From Podarcis filfolensis (taxonomy: Eukaryota): DNA of 64,000 bases. The notes below the pieces were generated by a model that saw only the letters and a program-made list of their open reading frames with translations, was not told where the DNA came from and searched no databases. Positions 12,046 to 25,660 of this stretch are shown piece after piece; the first letter of the stretch is position 1; each line of letters starts with the position of its first letter. Location: NCBI GenBank assembly GCA_964270895.1, contig OZ185435.1; one strand, given 5' to 3'. The position numbers and the translations under genes were made by a program.

Positions 12046-13559
12046 AACAAATAAAAACCATTGATAATTACAAGAGTAAGCATCACCCTTGAGGTGACAT
12101 TATAACAAGTGTGTAAACAAATACATTTGATCATTCCCACCTATATTAGATTATGAACACATCAAGAGCATGATTTCACTAATATTTCCCAAGATAAGGA
12201 AAGCATATGTCTATCTTGTTAGCATAATACTTCCTCATACGGATATGTATATTGTAAACGCTTATTTGGCTCTAAACAATATCTTTATATTAAAAAATTT
12301 CTGGCATTTTGTTTATCTTCTCTCTTTCTTCCTACAATTCGCAGAGTTCCTTGTGAAGAGGGATTGACTATTGAACCATTCTGGGAATTGTAGATCTGGG
12401 AGGGGTATAGGGGTCTCCTGTCAACTCTCAGCATCCTTAATAAATGGCAGCTCTCTGAATTCAGAAGCCATGACTGTTTGAAGTGGTGTTATGGTGTTTT
12501 TAAATGTATGGTGTGAATGTGGCCTTAGTGATTAGCCATTGACACTACGTTTCCCTCTCAAAATCCCTGGCTGCAATCCTATAATCTTAAACTGGGAGTA
12601 AGCCTCATTGAAATCCATGAGATCTACTTCTGAAAAGCCACACGTAGGATTGTAAATTTCTGTTCTGTGGGTGCCGGTGTTACAGTGCTCTGCAAATGAG
12701 GTTTCTACATTTGCACCTGCATCCCTTGTGCAAGTGCCATGAAGCATCCAGATGCTTATTATTCTTAGTAGTACCGTGAGAAAAGTGGTTTGGTGCCTCA
12801 ATTTTCTCGCGAAGATGGCGATGGAGAACATAGCTGAGAATTAGATTCAATTTCCCTGGCTTCTGAGCTTGGTCTGCCCCTCACAATACTTGTTCCACAC
12901 AGCCTTTGAATGCAGATTGTGATAGACTTCCAGCTTTGTCATTTGGAATTGATAGCACCACTCTTGAAAACATGTTCTAAAAAGTAATAACACTCCAGTA
13001 CTGCTACCCGAACAATGGAGACAATAAATGGATTACATAACGTTTCTGAAATAACATCTTTTCCCCATTGTAAAATGACATGAAAGGCTTGAAACTGAAT
13101 CTCCTTAGAGACAGTTTGCGACATCCGTCAAAAGTTTGCCCTCTTTCATCATCTCTCTCTAAACTTGCTATGCAAGAAGACATCTGTCAGTGTGGTGTGC
13201 TGGTGGCAAGCCAGGCCATTTCCCTGTGTCTTCGCGTGAGGAATCGTAGCTAGGTGGTTGAACACATGCATTCACATCCAGAGTTCCCCTATGTATCAGT
13301 CCTGGTCATTTCCTGTTGGCAATGGCTTGGAACGCTCTCTGGATGAGAGTTGAAAAGCTGCTGCCAGCCCATGTAGAAAATGTTGGCCTTGATAAATTAA
13401 AACAACCCAAAGCAATACAAAAAAAACCCAAACCCAAACCAAACAAACATCAGATAAATTGAGAAACAATACGAAATAGGCACCTGTGGCAGAGACATGA
13501 TAAATCAAAGAACAAAAACACAGCAAATTAAAAACAAGACTGAAACCCTAACAAAGTGG

Positions 13560-13840
13560 ACACTCAGAGTAAATACTCATTTATTCAGTTGAGAAAGCTT
13601 GTCAGAACAGAAATGGCTTCTGTTGTTTCCAGACAGTGCAGAAAGTGGGTGCCTCTTGTTCCACAGAACAGGCGAAGCCACAGTAAAAGCCCTGCTCCAC
13701 GTTCCTGTAGAACAGGCTTCTGATATCTTCGAAACTTGCAAGAGAAGCTCTGCCACAGACAGCCGGCACCTATTGGGTATATAAGGGACAAGGCGGTCTC
13801 TCAAGTAACCTGGTCCAGAGCTGCATGGGGCATTATAGGC
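13560..13840 (-). mobile_element. L2 LINE ORF2 C-terminal fragment
   Basis: ORF 13577-13804 contains SRAFTVASPVLWN, resembling the L2 motif RAFSVAAPxLWN. Confidence 0.65.
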
Positions 13841-14540
13841 TAGTATAGGCTAGTATTATATTCTGAATTCTGTCCAGTAGCAGACTAGCAGTCATGCAAA
13901 TCCAATGGCTAAAGTGTTATATGCTGCAACCTAGCCGCTATGTTCTGCAGCAGCTGCAGCCTCAGGAATAATCTCACATAACGTGCATTGCAGTAGCTAA
14001 AGATAAACAATTAACAAAATTCATGAATTCACGTCACATGCAGTATTCCAAATAAATATTAACAAAATATCAGCAAATGACAATAAAACAAAACCAGCAC
14101 CACCCATTATAATAAAACATACATTTGAACTGACTCTGTACATGATCCTGCCCCTTCCCCCAAAACATCTTCATCAAATGGAGCAAAGGAATTTAATAAA
14201 GCCACTCTTAGCTCTTCAGAATATGAAAAGCAAGCCAAAGGCTAAACGATAATTTTCTCCTCGTCGAGCTCAAAAACACACACAAACATCAATCTCTTTC
14301 CATGCTTGAGGCTTCTCTTTCTCTGCGACCATCACTGCTGTACCTCTTTATATTAAACCATATTACTTTATTCTTCCCTTCCATTCCTTTTTTGTGTCAT
14401 GTCTATTAGATCATGAGCTTGTGGGCTGCCTTATCTTTTAATGTCTGCTCATTGCTTAGAAAATTGTAGGTGCTTGGTAGATGATAGACAAATATTTAAA
14501 TAAAGAATACCTTAACCTGATCCTTTTGATACAGCATCTA

Positions 14541-14869
14541 AGGCCCCATCTGTATTATACATTTAAAGCGGTATCATACCACTTTAAACAGTTGTGGCTT
14601 CCCTCAAAGAAGCCTGGGAACTATAGTTTGTTAAAGGCACTGAAAGTTGTTAGGAACACCTCCCCTCCCCAACAGTTTCCAGAGTTCCCTGGGAACAGGG
14701 TTGTGCTTTTAAACCACTCTGAAAATTGCAGCTCTGTGTGGGGACTAAGAGGTCTCCTAATGAGTCTCAGCACCCTTATCAAACTACAGTTCCCATGATT
14801 CTTTGGGGGAAGCCATTGCTGTGTAAAGTGGAATGATGGTGCTTTAAATGTATTGTCCAGATGGGGCCT
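14541..14869. mobile_element. PIF/Harbinger-like MITE
   Basis: TIR aggccccatctg / cagatggggcct, sub-terminal inverted tacatttaaagc / gctttaaatgta; flanking 3-mers cta / tca are imperfect. Confidence 0.6.
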
Positions 14870-15818
14870 TCAAAGGGAGTGCCCCAAAGCAGCAGATGAA
14901 GGGAAGAAAATGTTTCATATCGACAGAATGCTTCACAATAATCAAAACCTGATCTGCTACTTCTGGGCTGGGAGCCTTGATCATTCGGTTACAGAAGTAT
15001 TTACTTTCCGCTTTCAAGCCCTGCTATGTATAAGGAAAGAAAAGCACAGAACAGAGCAAAGTATTTCCAAAATATAAAAGTCCTTTGAGTCTAGACTTTC
15101 AAGGCCTCCCATGGTGTCAAGAGCTTCTGAAGACATGTCTCTGGGATTCCATTGTATAATTCACAAAAGACTCAGCAATTCGCTTTCTGTACATTATCTG
15201 TCAGATTTCTACTATACTCCTCTTATGGATTTTTTTTGGGGGGGGGGGGTTGAGTGGGGGAAGGAAATCAAGGATACTGATATGAGAAGCCTTTGTAAGA
15301 GAAGCAGAATGTACACTGGCTGAAAAGGATGGGCACCTTGATTGAACTACGACACTCTTTAAATGAATTTCATTTTGACAAGATGCAACACTCAACACGG
15401 CTGTTTCAGGCACAAGAAAAAGTGTTGACTTCAAGCGGCGCCACAGGCAAGAACACACCGCCCCTTGAGTGTGCTGCTATCAAAAGCTTCATGTCGGATT
15501 CAACTCCTGCTAAATGGAATAATTAAATGGTCAAGCCTCAGACACCGGCTGCGCTGCAAAATGCTCCTGAGGCCTGAAACTGCAACCCAGGGTGTCGGCA
15601 AATAAGCGCCTTGGGTGGGCCTCAGCAAAGGCTCCTGTCACTACCTGTGGCAGACTGATATGAGCCAATTTGGGAATGTCATTCTTACACGAGGGTGGGT
15701 TGACCCTACCGTCCATCACTATTGATTGAATAACACTTAATTTAGAAGTGCTGCACTCTGTCGTTTCTTTTCCTCTGCAGAGCCTGCTGGCTTCTGCTTC
15801 TCCCTAAACAGTACAAGC

Positions 15819-16195
15819 CAGGGGTGCCAACTCCTAGGGGCCCAACTCTTTTGCCCCTCCAATACTTCGGGGGAGGGGGTCCAGGATGGCGGAGGAGGCT
15901 GAGGATGGAGCTGAGTGTGATATGGCTTCAGTGGCTGTCTCCTCCCCTCCTCCTCTTCCTGCTGCAGAGGGGAAGGAGTGGGAAAGCAGCTCTTGGCTGG
16001 TGGCAGTGGCAGGAGGAGGAAGAGGATGACGATCAGAGGAAAGGAGACGCCGGTGATCGAAGCTGCATCGCAGCCACGTTTGGCTCCATCCCTTGGCTCC
16101 TCCCGATGTCCTGCCATTGTGATGTGACGTCACATGTGTGACATCACAAACACAATGTCGCACACACCCATCTCCCTCTCAAGTTGGCACCTTTG
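15819..16195. mobile_element. hAT MITE
   Basis: TIR caggggtgccaact / agttggcacctttg; perfect 8-bp TSD gtacaagc (15811-15818, 16196-16203). Confidence 0.85.
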
Positions 16196-16239
16196 GTACA
16201 AGCCTATGCATGTCTTCATTGTTCAATGGAGCTTACTTC

Positions 16240-16610
16240 TAGAGAGGAGGAAGGTCAAAAGGCAGAGATGAGGCAGGCTGCTGAAGTAGCCAGGGAGTCT
16301 CCCACTCCTGCAGCAACAAGTTCCCCTTCAGCCTGTTTTCCTAGAACATACGGAGGAATGAAGAGAGCAGAGCAGAGATTGGTTGTGTGCACCTGCAGTC
16401 TACAATGGCTTGGGTCAAACACTGGAGAGGAGATAGGCAGCTGTAGGAAGGTGAGGACCTTCAGCCCTCGCAACTGCCTCATTGGGGCAAGATCTACTGG
16501 GAAGAGTTGCAGAATTACTGTGGCTGCACTGTTTTGGTTGCTTTGAATAAAGAGTTGACTGACATTGTGTGTTTTTATTGCTGACCTACGATTGACTTTG
16601 GCTTCTGACA
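16240..16610 (+). mobile_element. 3' portion of a solo-LTR-like element
   Basis: Purine-rich U3-like tract, AATAAA near 16546, ends in ctgaCA; 5' end not seen. Confidence 0.45.
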
Positions 16611-16691
16611 GTTAGTGCTGCAGCAGTTGGATTATGTATGTTGTGTGACCATTCTTGGTGATGGGACAGTTATAAATCTCAATAATAATTA

Positions 16692-16941
16692 CAGTCGTAC
16701 CTTGGAAGCCAAACGGAAGCCGTTCCAGAAGTCCGTTTGACTTCCAAAACATTCAGAAACCAAGGCGCGGCTTCCGATTGGCTGCAGGAAGCTCCTTTAG
16801 CCAATCGGAAGCTGCAGAAATTGTGCCGGACGTTCGGCTTCCAAAGAACGTTCACAAACCAGAACACTCACTTCCGGGTTTGCAGCATTCAAGAGTCAAA
16901 AAGTACGAGTGTTAAGGCATTCGGCTTCCAAGGTACGACTG
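16692..16941. mobile_element. Tigger-like (Tc1/mariner) MITE
   Basis: 19-bp perfect TIR cagtcgtaccttggaagcc; TA on both sides. Confidence 0.9.
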
Positions 16942-17299
16942 TATAATGGCCTCAAGCTAATGTTTTTGGTTTTTAAAAACTGTTCCCCAGCCCCACCAAT
17001 AATATATACCACCCTGAGCTCCTTAGAGGAAAGAAGAGATGTAAATTTAGTCACCCAACTAAGTGCTACTCTGAGTAGACCCAATGAAATCAATGGATGT
17101 GGCCCGCTGAAATATGTTGATTTTAATGCATCCACCCTGATTATGATGTAGTCTGCAAACAGTTTTGCTCCTTCTTGCAACCCTGCTGAAAAATCAACGA
17201 AAGGAGAACAGTCATTTCACAGGGCAAAACTATGAATGAGAAGCGGCCCCCTGTTCTTAACCTTTCTTGACCTGGGAAATTGTAAAGTATAGATATATA

Positions 17300-17411
17300 G
17301 CCCCAGATAGCTCAGCGGGTAAATGATGTCATGAGACTCTTAATCTCGGGCTTGTGGGTTGAAGCCCCATGTTGGGCAAAAGATTCCTGCATTTCGGCAG
17401 GAATAGATGAC
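17300..17411 (+). mobile_element. tRNA-Lys(CTT)-derived SINE, degenerate
   Basis: gccccagatagctcag..catgagactcttaatctc..gccccatgttgggcaaagattcctgcat. Confidence 0.7.
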
Positions 17412-18544
17412 TCTTATTAAAGATAGTGTAGCTGTAGCCCTCCTACATCAGCTGCCCCATGAATGGGGAGGGAAGGCATTGACATTCCCATGGAGAGAAG
17501 GTGTTTTCATCTGTCCTGTGTGAGAGAAGAATAGTTGCAAGGGTGGACTTCTAATGAAATTTGGGCATGCTTAAGGATGGGGTGTTCAGTGGAGGAGAGG
17601 CTGAGCCAATGAAAACAAGAACTGAGCAGAAAGAACAAGCGGTCTCTTGTGTATTGTAGATTTCTGAGGAAATATTTATTGAGACCTTTTGGTGGGTGCC
17701 ATGGGAGCTAATGGTGGTTATACTGGTGCCCGCGGGCGCCACCTTGGAAAAAGCACATTTCAAAGTGTTTGCCCTAGATGGGAGTAGGGCTCTGCTTCAG
17801 GCAGCAAAATGTCTTGGGCTGGCACTGTTCCATGGGTCTAAGCAGCTCTATGGATTCTGACTCCAAAGCTTCATTTCCCTACCCTCACATATGGGGGGGG
17901 GGAGGGACGATTAATGCTATTATGTAATATCAATAGGATGTTACTTTTAAATGAGTTACCAGAGATGTGGCATGCCATTATACAGAGGTCATAATGTAGC
18001 CTGCAATTTCTAAATTAGCTATACATTTGATTTCTGAGCTCCAGAAGGAATCTGACAGATGGCTACGCTCATGTCAGGGGAATAAGTTGGTATTAAATAG
18101 GTCTAAAAATAGCATGAAATGCCTTGAGATTCATCTCCAAGTTACAGTTAAGGGCCGAACTGTAATTTTATAACCAGTGGAGATCCTTCGGACAGGTTCA
18201 TTTTAAACTTCAATTTTGAAAATTGGACCATTGGCCCCAGAAATATTGGAGAGATCCTTGGGTTGCTGAATATTAATGGGACTGATGCCACACCACAATC
18301 CAGAGGAAATTAAGTGGTGGAGTCAACCGACCATTTCTTTATTCAGAAATACTAGGCTGATAAATGGCTAGTTTGAAGCTTTTGGTGTTTACATGGAAAC
18401 TTTTTTTTCTAGTTTTTTATTTATACCTGTCAAATTTATACATTTTCATTAGTTTTACAATCAATTTAACATCTCAGAATTTGACTTTCTTTCCCCTCTT
18501 TCTGTGGTTCCTTAATTTTTTTCGTATCTTCTGCATATCCAAAT

Positions 18545-18830
18545 TAATTTAACTTGCTCATTTAATTATTTGTACTGTAAATATAAACTTATAAAATTAC
18601 CGGTTGTTACAATAATACTGCTAATGTTTTTTATCTGTTTACAACTTATCTGTAAATATTCAACAAACCATTTCCATTCATTTATAAAATGTTTGTTATC
18701 TCCACTGCTTATTCTTCCTGTAAGGTTCGCCCTTTCTGCATATTCCATAAGTTTTGGGATCCATTCTACCTTTAATAGGACTTTTGCTTCTTTCCATTGT
18801 TTACATGGAAACAATTGACTGATTTAAATT
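18545..18830 (-). mobile_element. L1 LINE ORF2 3' fragment
   Basis: ORF 18566-18814 (KQWKE..EWIPKLMEYAERANLTGRI..FINEWKWFVEYL) resembles the C-terminus of squamate L1 ORF2. Confidence 0.65.
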
Positions 18831-19075
18831 AAATATGTTATGAAAAGGGATGGCGTGGAACACGTGACCCCTCTTTTCCATTCTCAAATGCAAACAGAAC
18901 TTCTTTAAATTTAACACACTCAAGAAACAGTCTTTTCCTACCTGCAGCCTCTGACCTCTTTGCACACTGCCACCTACTGGCCCTTGTGCTTATATTACTA
19001 ATACCACAAGTCCAGTGAGATTTTACAGGCACCTTGAAAACAATCTCACAAGAGTCAGTAAATGCAAAGGAGACA

Positions 19076-19260
19076 AGGGACGTATACACCATACATTAAA
19101 ACCACAATTACACACACACACCACATCCTGGGACCTGTAGCTTGCTAAGGGTGCTGGGAATTGTAGCTCTGTGAGGGAGCTCAACTACAGTTCCCAGGAT
19201 TTTTGGGTGGTGTGGTGTGTGCTTTAAATGTGCTTTAAATGCATAGTGTGTGCACAGCCT
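19076..19260. mobile_element. Harbinger-like MITE of the family at 14541
   Basis: Shared core gggtgctgggaattgtagctct..aactacagttcccaggat and gctttaaatg subterminal motif. Confidence 0.5.
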
Positions 19261-20122
19261 TTGCTCTCCATCCATCTCTTAAGAGGTGTGTAGAATTAAA
19301 ACATGTGTAGCTTTTCTCACTCATACATGATAAGCTGCACCTGCCAAAACCAAAGCAGTGGAGCAGGTATCAAATTCGAGGATGCTGCAAGCTTAGGCAT
19401 ATAAAGTGTGGATGAGATGGGAGGGGAGCTTATATCTTAACACATAGTTCACACAAAGAAATGGGGAGTAAACACCTAGGTACACTTCCTGTCACATTTT
19501 TTAAAATAATGTTCTTATTTATTTTCATGGTATGGAAGATAAATTTTGAGAAACCAATTGTTACAACAGAATGTGTGGAGAGGATACTTCCAGGTTGTAG
19601 AAACTCCCAGATCAAACTTCTGGTACCAATTAAAACTCTCCTTAAATTAAACTCCTGCACTTGTACTGTGTTGTCACTTCTGGCGGTATAATTTGGTACC
19701 CTCCCTTTCTCTGGTGGCACCATAACCAACAACCACTCCAAAGGAGCCAGGCGGTTGTTTTGACCACAAGGAGAGAATGCAGTGGAGCTGCCTCTCGCCA
19801 TTTTGGCCCAAGTCTATCCGGAATGCCTTGTTCCACAAGGGCAGGAACAAGTCTGTAACAGCAAACCTTTGGAGTAAGGACTTTTAGAAAACATATACAG
19901 GAAAGCAGAGCGGAGCTAGGTGGCATTGTCCTAGTTTCCAGATGTAAACAAATAACAGCTGAGTTAACAATATGACCATCAGGCAAGTCATTAGCTTCCT
20001 GCTGACCAGATCGTTGCACACTTAAAATCCTCTTGAGAGACTCCTTCTCAGATCTTTATGTACTCAGCCTGCATGTTTGTGTCCCCCCCCCCCTATCTCT
20101 CTCTCTCACACACATTTTAAGC

Positions 20123-20373
20123 CAGGGGCCAACAACCTTTTTCAGCTCTGGGCTGGTCCACTGTCCCTCAGACCATGTGGGGGGGCCGGACTATATATTT
20201 TTGGGGGGGGGAAATGAACGAATTCCTATGCCCCACAAATAACCCAGAGATGCATTTTAAATAAAAGGACACATTCTACTCATGTAAAAACACGCTGATT
20301 CCCAGACCATCCGTAGGATTGAGAAGGCGATTGGGCCGGATCCGGCCCATGGGCCTTAGGTTGCCTACCCCTG
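20123..20373. mobile_element. hAT (Buster/Charlie-like) MITE
   Basis: Termini cagggg..aacc / ggttgcctacccctg; TSD ttttaagc / ctttaagc (7 of 8 match). Confidence 0.8.
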
Positions 20374-23208
20374 CTTTAAGCCCTTGAGTGCTCTGGTGAA
20401 TAATGACTGATTAGGTACCATCAGTAAATTTGATGATCCCCTCAGTTCCTTCGTCCAATGTTCTGAACTACAATTTCCAGGGTTGGGTTGGGTTGGGTTG
20501 TACTTGCCTTGCTATTGCTTCTGGGCATGGTTCACCCAGCGTAAAGCACTTTACAGTGCTATGTTATTTCATGGGAAAGTTAAGTGCATCCTTCATCCCC
20601 CCCCCATCAAAATAAAATGTGATGTGCATGTACTTTGTTATCTTTAATTAATTTTCCATATTTCTAGGGCACCCTTCTATCATATGGTGTGTTAGATAAT
20701 TCTCACTGAGTATTCCACAACACCACTGAGGGGCCAACACCCCCAAGAGGGTGATTCAGTCTCCAGTTATTTCTCCCTCTCTCTCTCTCTCTCTCCCCCC
20801 CCACACACAAAATGCATTTTTGGTTGGAGAACTGCATTGCAAAATATGGAGAAGTGTGAATTTTGAAGGGAAGCCACGTTTTGGCTCCTATATACCTTCA
20901 GGAAGTGCAAGTTAAGTAGGTTTGCATTAAAAACTGAGTAAATCTCTCTGCATTCCCTACCCCTAAGAGAGCCGTAGATACAATCTATAATTTATGAAAT
21001 TTATGAAATCTCCATGGATTCTGCTTAATAGTTAAAACAGAGACTGGGCTTCTTGTACGATATCTAAAGCTTTAAGTTTTCAGGTTGTTACTGAATTGTA
21101 AGGGATATTTCCCAAGGCAGGCAAATACAAAAGCTTCTTTCTCAACCTGACATTGCTTTGATTGATGTTACCCTTAAGAGTACAGTGCAGAAACAGATTT
21201 ATAAAACATCTGCTTGCTTTCAAACACTCCGTCAGCAGCCACTGAAAAGTTTTGTTATCTGGGGTTAGCAGTAGCTTCAGATTCAGTTAGGCCTCTGGTA
21301 AAATAAACATCCGTAATATGTGTTTGCAAAGTCAAATCCATAGCCTTTGAGGGCACATACTAGAGACAGGGAGAGACATTTGCTATGTTAACAGGTTGTT
21401 TTTAATTAGGCTCACATTTTAATGCAAACTAACCGAATTAGTGGAAATAATGTACCAATATAATATACCATTAGGAGAAAAAAAATTGCCTGCAAAAATT
21501 CATATACTAGGCAAAATGGTATAGAAATATGTGTATATTAGGAGAGATGACAATGAAAATGCATACAAATTTTCATGCAGACTTTTTTGAAAAAAGAAGA
21601 CTGCAAATGTAGGCAGAAATTGGTTGGATCAAATTTAAGACTGGAAACTGAGAGAAACCAAGATTGACAGAGTCATATATCCTTAGTCATCTGAATGAAG
21701 ATTTTGGATGATTGTGCCCCAAAAAAGAGCAGATTACTGCAAAGTCTGAATTGAACCTTAGCTCAGAAAAAGGAAAAGGCAACTTAAAAAAAAATTATTA
21801 TCCTAAAAACAACTTTATATAGAACCAAGGCATTGTTCTGATCAAGCAGTGTCTGAACAAGAAGACTGCAGTGGGCCTGTTGCACACCTTATATATTTCC
21901 CATGCACAGTATGTGTTAATTCCATGTACAGCATGTTAGAGATGGCACCACTGGTATATTTCTCCTTTCTTTTAATCCTTCTTCCCATGTGAAAATAGTT
22001 TAGTGAGGCTTGAGTTTCCACCCAGGGTGTTTTGGGCCTCACTGTTACTTGTGGCTATGCACATGGCAAATGGGTAATTGCCTGTTGTTCACACCCTCTC
22101 AAAGCAAATGCATCTATCATACTAATTTCCTTCCTTGCTTTCCAGCATCTTTCCCTGGCCATTAATTATCCATCACCTCAGTGTTTGCTTCCTGACCCTT
22201 CCCTTTTATCGCAAGACATAATCAACATTCATTTTTAATTAGACTTTCAGAAACAGCAGCTCTGTTGGTTTTAGGAGCTGTTGTTTTCCTCTCATCCACC
22301 CGCTGTCCTTCCTCACTTTCAGACAACACTCTGAGGATACCTTTCAGAAAAGCCCCCTGATCAAAACATGGCTGCCAACTGAACAACAGGCATAAGAGGT
22401 GCATGCCTGCTTAGTGAGAAGTACATATCTGAATTTTATGGTTATGAAATAAATTCTCTGGGCACTAAATGGTTTCCAGAAGTAGGCATCTGGAAAGTTG
22501 AAGCATATTGCAAAATTTAAAGCTGAAGACACTAAAGATGCAGAACAAGAGTTGCAAGTCTTGAGAGTGGGTGGAAGGAGGGGCAGAGAGAAAAGATTTC
22601 ATGGCTGCAAGTTGCAGCCCAAGAGACAAAAGACAGTCCCAGGTAGGCTCAAGCTGACGCTGCAGAACCTTGGACAGCTCAAGCCAGACAATTTGCTTCA
22701 CTGTGGTCTGGAGTTCAATGGAAGCGCTTTGTAACTCTTGAGCTAGTTTACACCATTAAGTTTCCACCTTATTTCTGAATTGTAGAGAGCCTTTGACCAG
22801 GAGCCTCGTGCTGTGTCATTTCTTAGCTGGCTATCTCCTTGTATCAAGCGGGACAGTCGCTTGGGAAGTTCTGGTTTAGGGGGTGTTGTGCCCTGTTCAT
22901 GAGTCTCCAGATCAAGAGATTCCTGGCCTGCTTATTTTGTGCCTGGTTTCAGCACCTCCATGGCTTGAACCTCTAATTTCCCTGACCCAGTTGCCTCCTC
23001 CTCCTCTGTTTGTGACTCCTTGTTGCTGCTCAGGGTCATGGTGACAACACTAAGGATGTTTCAAATGGGGAGATTTTCAGGATGGAGTATAGCCTCAGGT
23101 CCAGGGGCCAAATGTGGCTCTCCAGGTCTATGAAGCCACACCCTTTCCCACGCCATATCCTTCACCACTCCTGCTCCACCGTCTCCTTGAGTGTTTTTGA
23201 ATAGCTGA

Positions 23209-23720
23209 TGTCATGAACTGGCAGAACAACAGGGAGGAGGAAGAAGAGGAAGAGGATCCTGGTGAGGAGTGTATCCAGGACTGGGACACACCAGGGCAAG
23301 TTGGGGATGGGGAAGGAGAGGTTGGTATAGGAAGTACTCACAGGGTGATGGAGGTCATCATGAGGGGGTTGGGGGGTCAATGCACAGGAACCAGAGCAGC
23401 AGGACCCATCACCAGAGCCAGAGAGGACCCTGTATCCACTAAGACAGCCAGTATAGGGAGCAGTGGGTGGAGGCGCTCTAGGAGGCTGAAGCAGGCAAGG
23501 GCCCACAGCCCAGTTCACTAGCTGGCCAAGTGGGGCCAGCAATTAGCATGCATAATATAAAAGGCAAGCAGAGCTAATCAACTACTTAGGCAAGTAGTCT
23601 GATCAACTACTTAGGTTGGTTGGACCACAGCTTAGCTGTTCCAAGGAGCTCTTCTGGACTGTGCTTCAGGTTTGACTCTGGACTGTATTCTGACTGTTGG
23701 ACTTCAGACTTGCTGTCATG
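23209..23720 (+). mobile_element. LTR-like element (3' boundary and TSD unresolved)
   Basis: Starts TGTCA; Glu-rich purine tract, tataaaag near 23556, then ctggact-rich R/U5-like sequence. Confidence 0.4.
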
Positions 23721-23804
23721 TAGGCCAGGGGTTCAGGATAGCTGGAATGTGTCCTTCGACTGTGATAATGCCTCTTTCTTGCTTAGGTGGAGAGATGTAT
23801 GTGT

Positions 23805-23940
23805 ATCGTGACCTTGCTGATTTCCCTTGATCTCTCAGTAGCTTTTGATACAATTGACCATGGTATTATTCTGAAGCAGTTGTTTAAGTTGGGAGTGGGT
23901 GGTACCCCTTTACAGTGGTTCTGGTCCTACTTGGGTCAGC
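23805..23940 (+). mobile_element. L2 LINE RT fragment
   Basis: Translates to [34 protein letters not shown]. Confidence 0.7.
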
Positions 23941-24207
23941 CCCATCACTGACACAGAGGAGACAGACCTAGCTGCATCAAGAGGACCAGCAGTGTCAGCT
24001 ATGGTAATGCTGAACCCAGTTTCCTACACCAAGTCTGCTGTTTGGTATAAGATCCAAGGAACTTATACACTAAATCCGAGATGGCCTCTGTGGTTCCCTC
24101 CAGATGTGGTCTCCAACTAGGTCAGCCCCACCAACATGGACAAGGAGAGTAGGAAAAAAGATGTCACAAGTGAATCCATGTCAAACAACCGTGGTTCCCA
24201 CAAGGGA

Positions 24208-24460
24208 AGAAGAAGAAGAAGAGTTTGGATTTGATATCCCGCCTTTCACTCCCTTTAAGGAGTCTCAAAGCGGCTAACATTCTCCTTTCCCTTCCTCCCC
24301 CACAACAAACACTCTGTGAGGTGAGTGGGGCTGAGAGACTTCAAAGAAGTGTGACTGGCCCAAGGTCACCCAGCAGCTGCATGTGGAGGAGCGGAGACGC
24401 GAACCCGGTTCCCCAGATTACGAGACTACCGCTCTTAACCACTACACCACACTGGCTCTC
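24208..24460 (-). mobile_element. Squam3-like (Ther1/MIR-derived) SINE, full length
   Basis: Minus strand gagagccagtgtggtgtagtggttaagagc..gaaccgggttc tRNA head; (CTT)n tail; flanking repeat aaggga. Confidence 0.85.
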
Positions 24461-25403
24461 AAGGGATTCTTTGTTTCCATTGTAAAAGGTTCTCAAGTCC
24501 AAGGCTATGACAAAAGATGTATTTGGCCCAGGCAACTGGGAGAGGGCACAGCCACTTTGGTTTTAAAGGTGCTTCCTCTTGAGTTCATGGAAATTTGACC
24601 AGTGACACCATTTCAGCAGGAAAACAAAGTTCCAACTGTGAACAAAGCATTGACTTGTAGTGGGCAAATTAGTACTTGTTCCAGAGAGAATTTTCACTAT
24701 TTTTGAAAGAGAATTTTGACAGATTGCCAGCATAACAGGCTCTTTTCTTTGTCAGGTTGCAGTTTTCCCTTGTCAAAACTGTCTTTCAGTCTACCAAGAA
24801 AGCAAAGAAAATGCGAGACAAAGCCCTAAATATTATCTGCTTTTGTCAGTGATGAAAATGGTGTGGTTTTTGTTTTGTTTTTGTGTTCTGTAGCACTTGA
24901 AGAGTACAATCCAGTACTAAGTTTACGTACACTCAAGTCCCATTAAGATCAATAGAACTTTAGGCTGCAATCCCATACACACCTACCTGAAAGTAATCTG
25001 CATGGAAGTCAGTGAAAGCTCTGAATAGACATGTATAAAATTGTGCTGTAAGCTTGCTATCCTATACAAACAACCGGGGAGTAGGTGCCATTGTAATCAG
25101 TAGCATTGTCTTCTGAAGGTTTTCCTAGGATTGTACTGTAAGTAAACTGAACTCTACACTTAACAGCACATCTTGCTTCTTCCATAGAGGCAGTGGTCAC
25201 ATCTGAAGGATCTTCATTGAAGGATTCTTATGCAGCTCTTCAGATGTTTGGCAATGGCTACCATACTATCTTTCAGTCTTTTCTCCAGGTCTCTACATGA
25301 TTTCTGCTATTAAAACAAGGAGAATTCAACACTTGCTTTTGAAAGGTCTGAAAGAACCTTAAAGGTTGTGTATGGGAGCAAACCTTCTACCTGCTTGCTG
25401 CTC

Positions 25404-25660
25404 CAGGGGTGCCCAAACTTTTTCTTAAAGAGGGCCAGATTTGATGAAGTGAAGGGCCGTGAGGGCCAACCAAAGTGGTTGAACTTTTCTTAGGATTGAA
25501 GTTCTTGAGCTTTTTTTAGGATTGAAGTTGCTGAGATTTTTTGTTTTTGTTTTTGTTTTATTTTACCCCAGGAAATAAACTGCCACAGGGGCTGGATTAA
25601 ACCAACTGGTGGGCCGGATTAGGCTCCTGAAATGGACTTTGGACATTATGCAGTGTAGAA
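25404..25660. mobile_element. Degenerate hAT-like MITE
   Basis: Left end caggggtgcccaaactttt..agggccagatt; right end eroded; no TSD found. Confidence 0.45.

Noticed and set aside
15737-16163. Overlapping 105-126 aa ORFs
   Set aside because: Lie within a GC-rich hAT MITE with GAG/CTC microsatellite-like tracts
24895-25140. Three adjacent ~85-bp degenerate palindromic units as a CRISPR-like or novel array
   Set aside because: No identical repeat-spacer structure; resembles a short dispersed repeat also seen near 12576 and 54670
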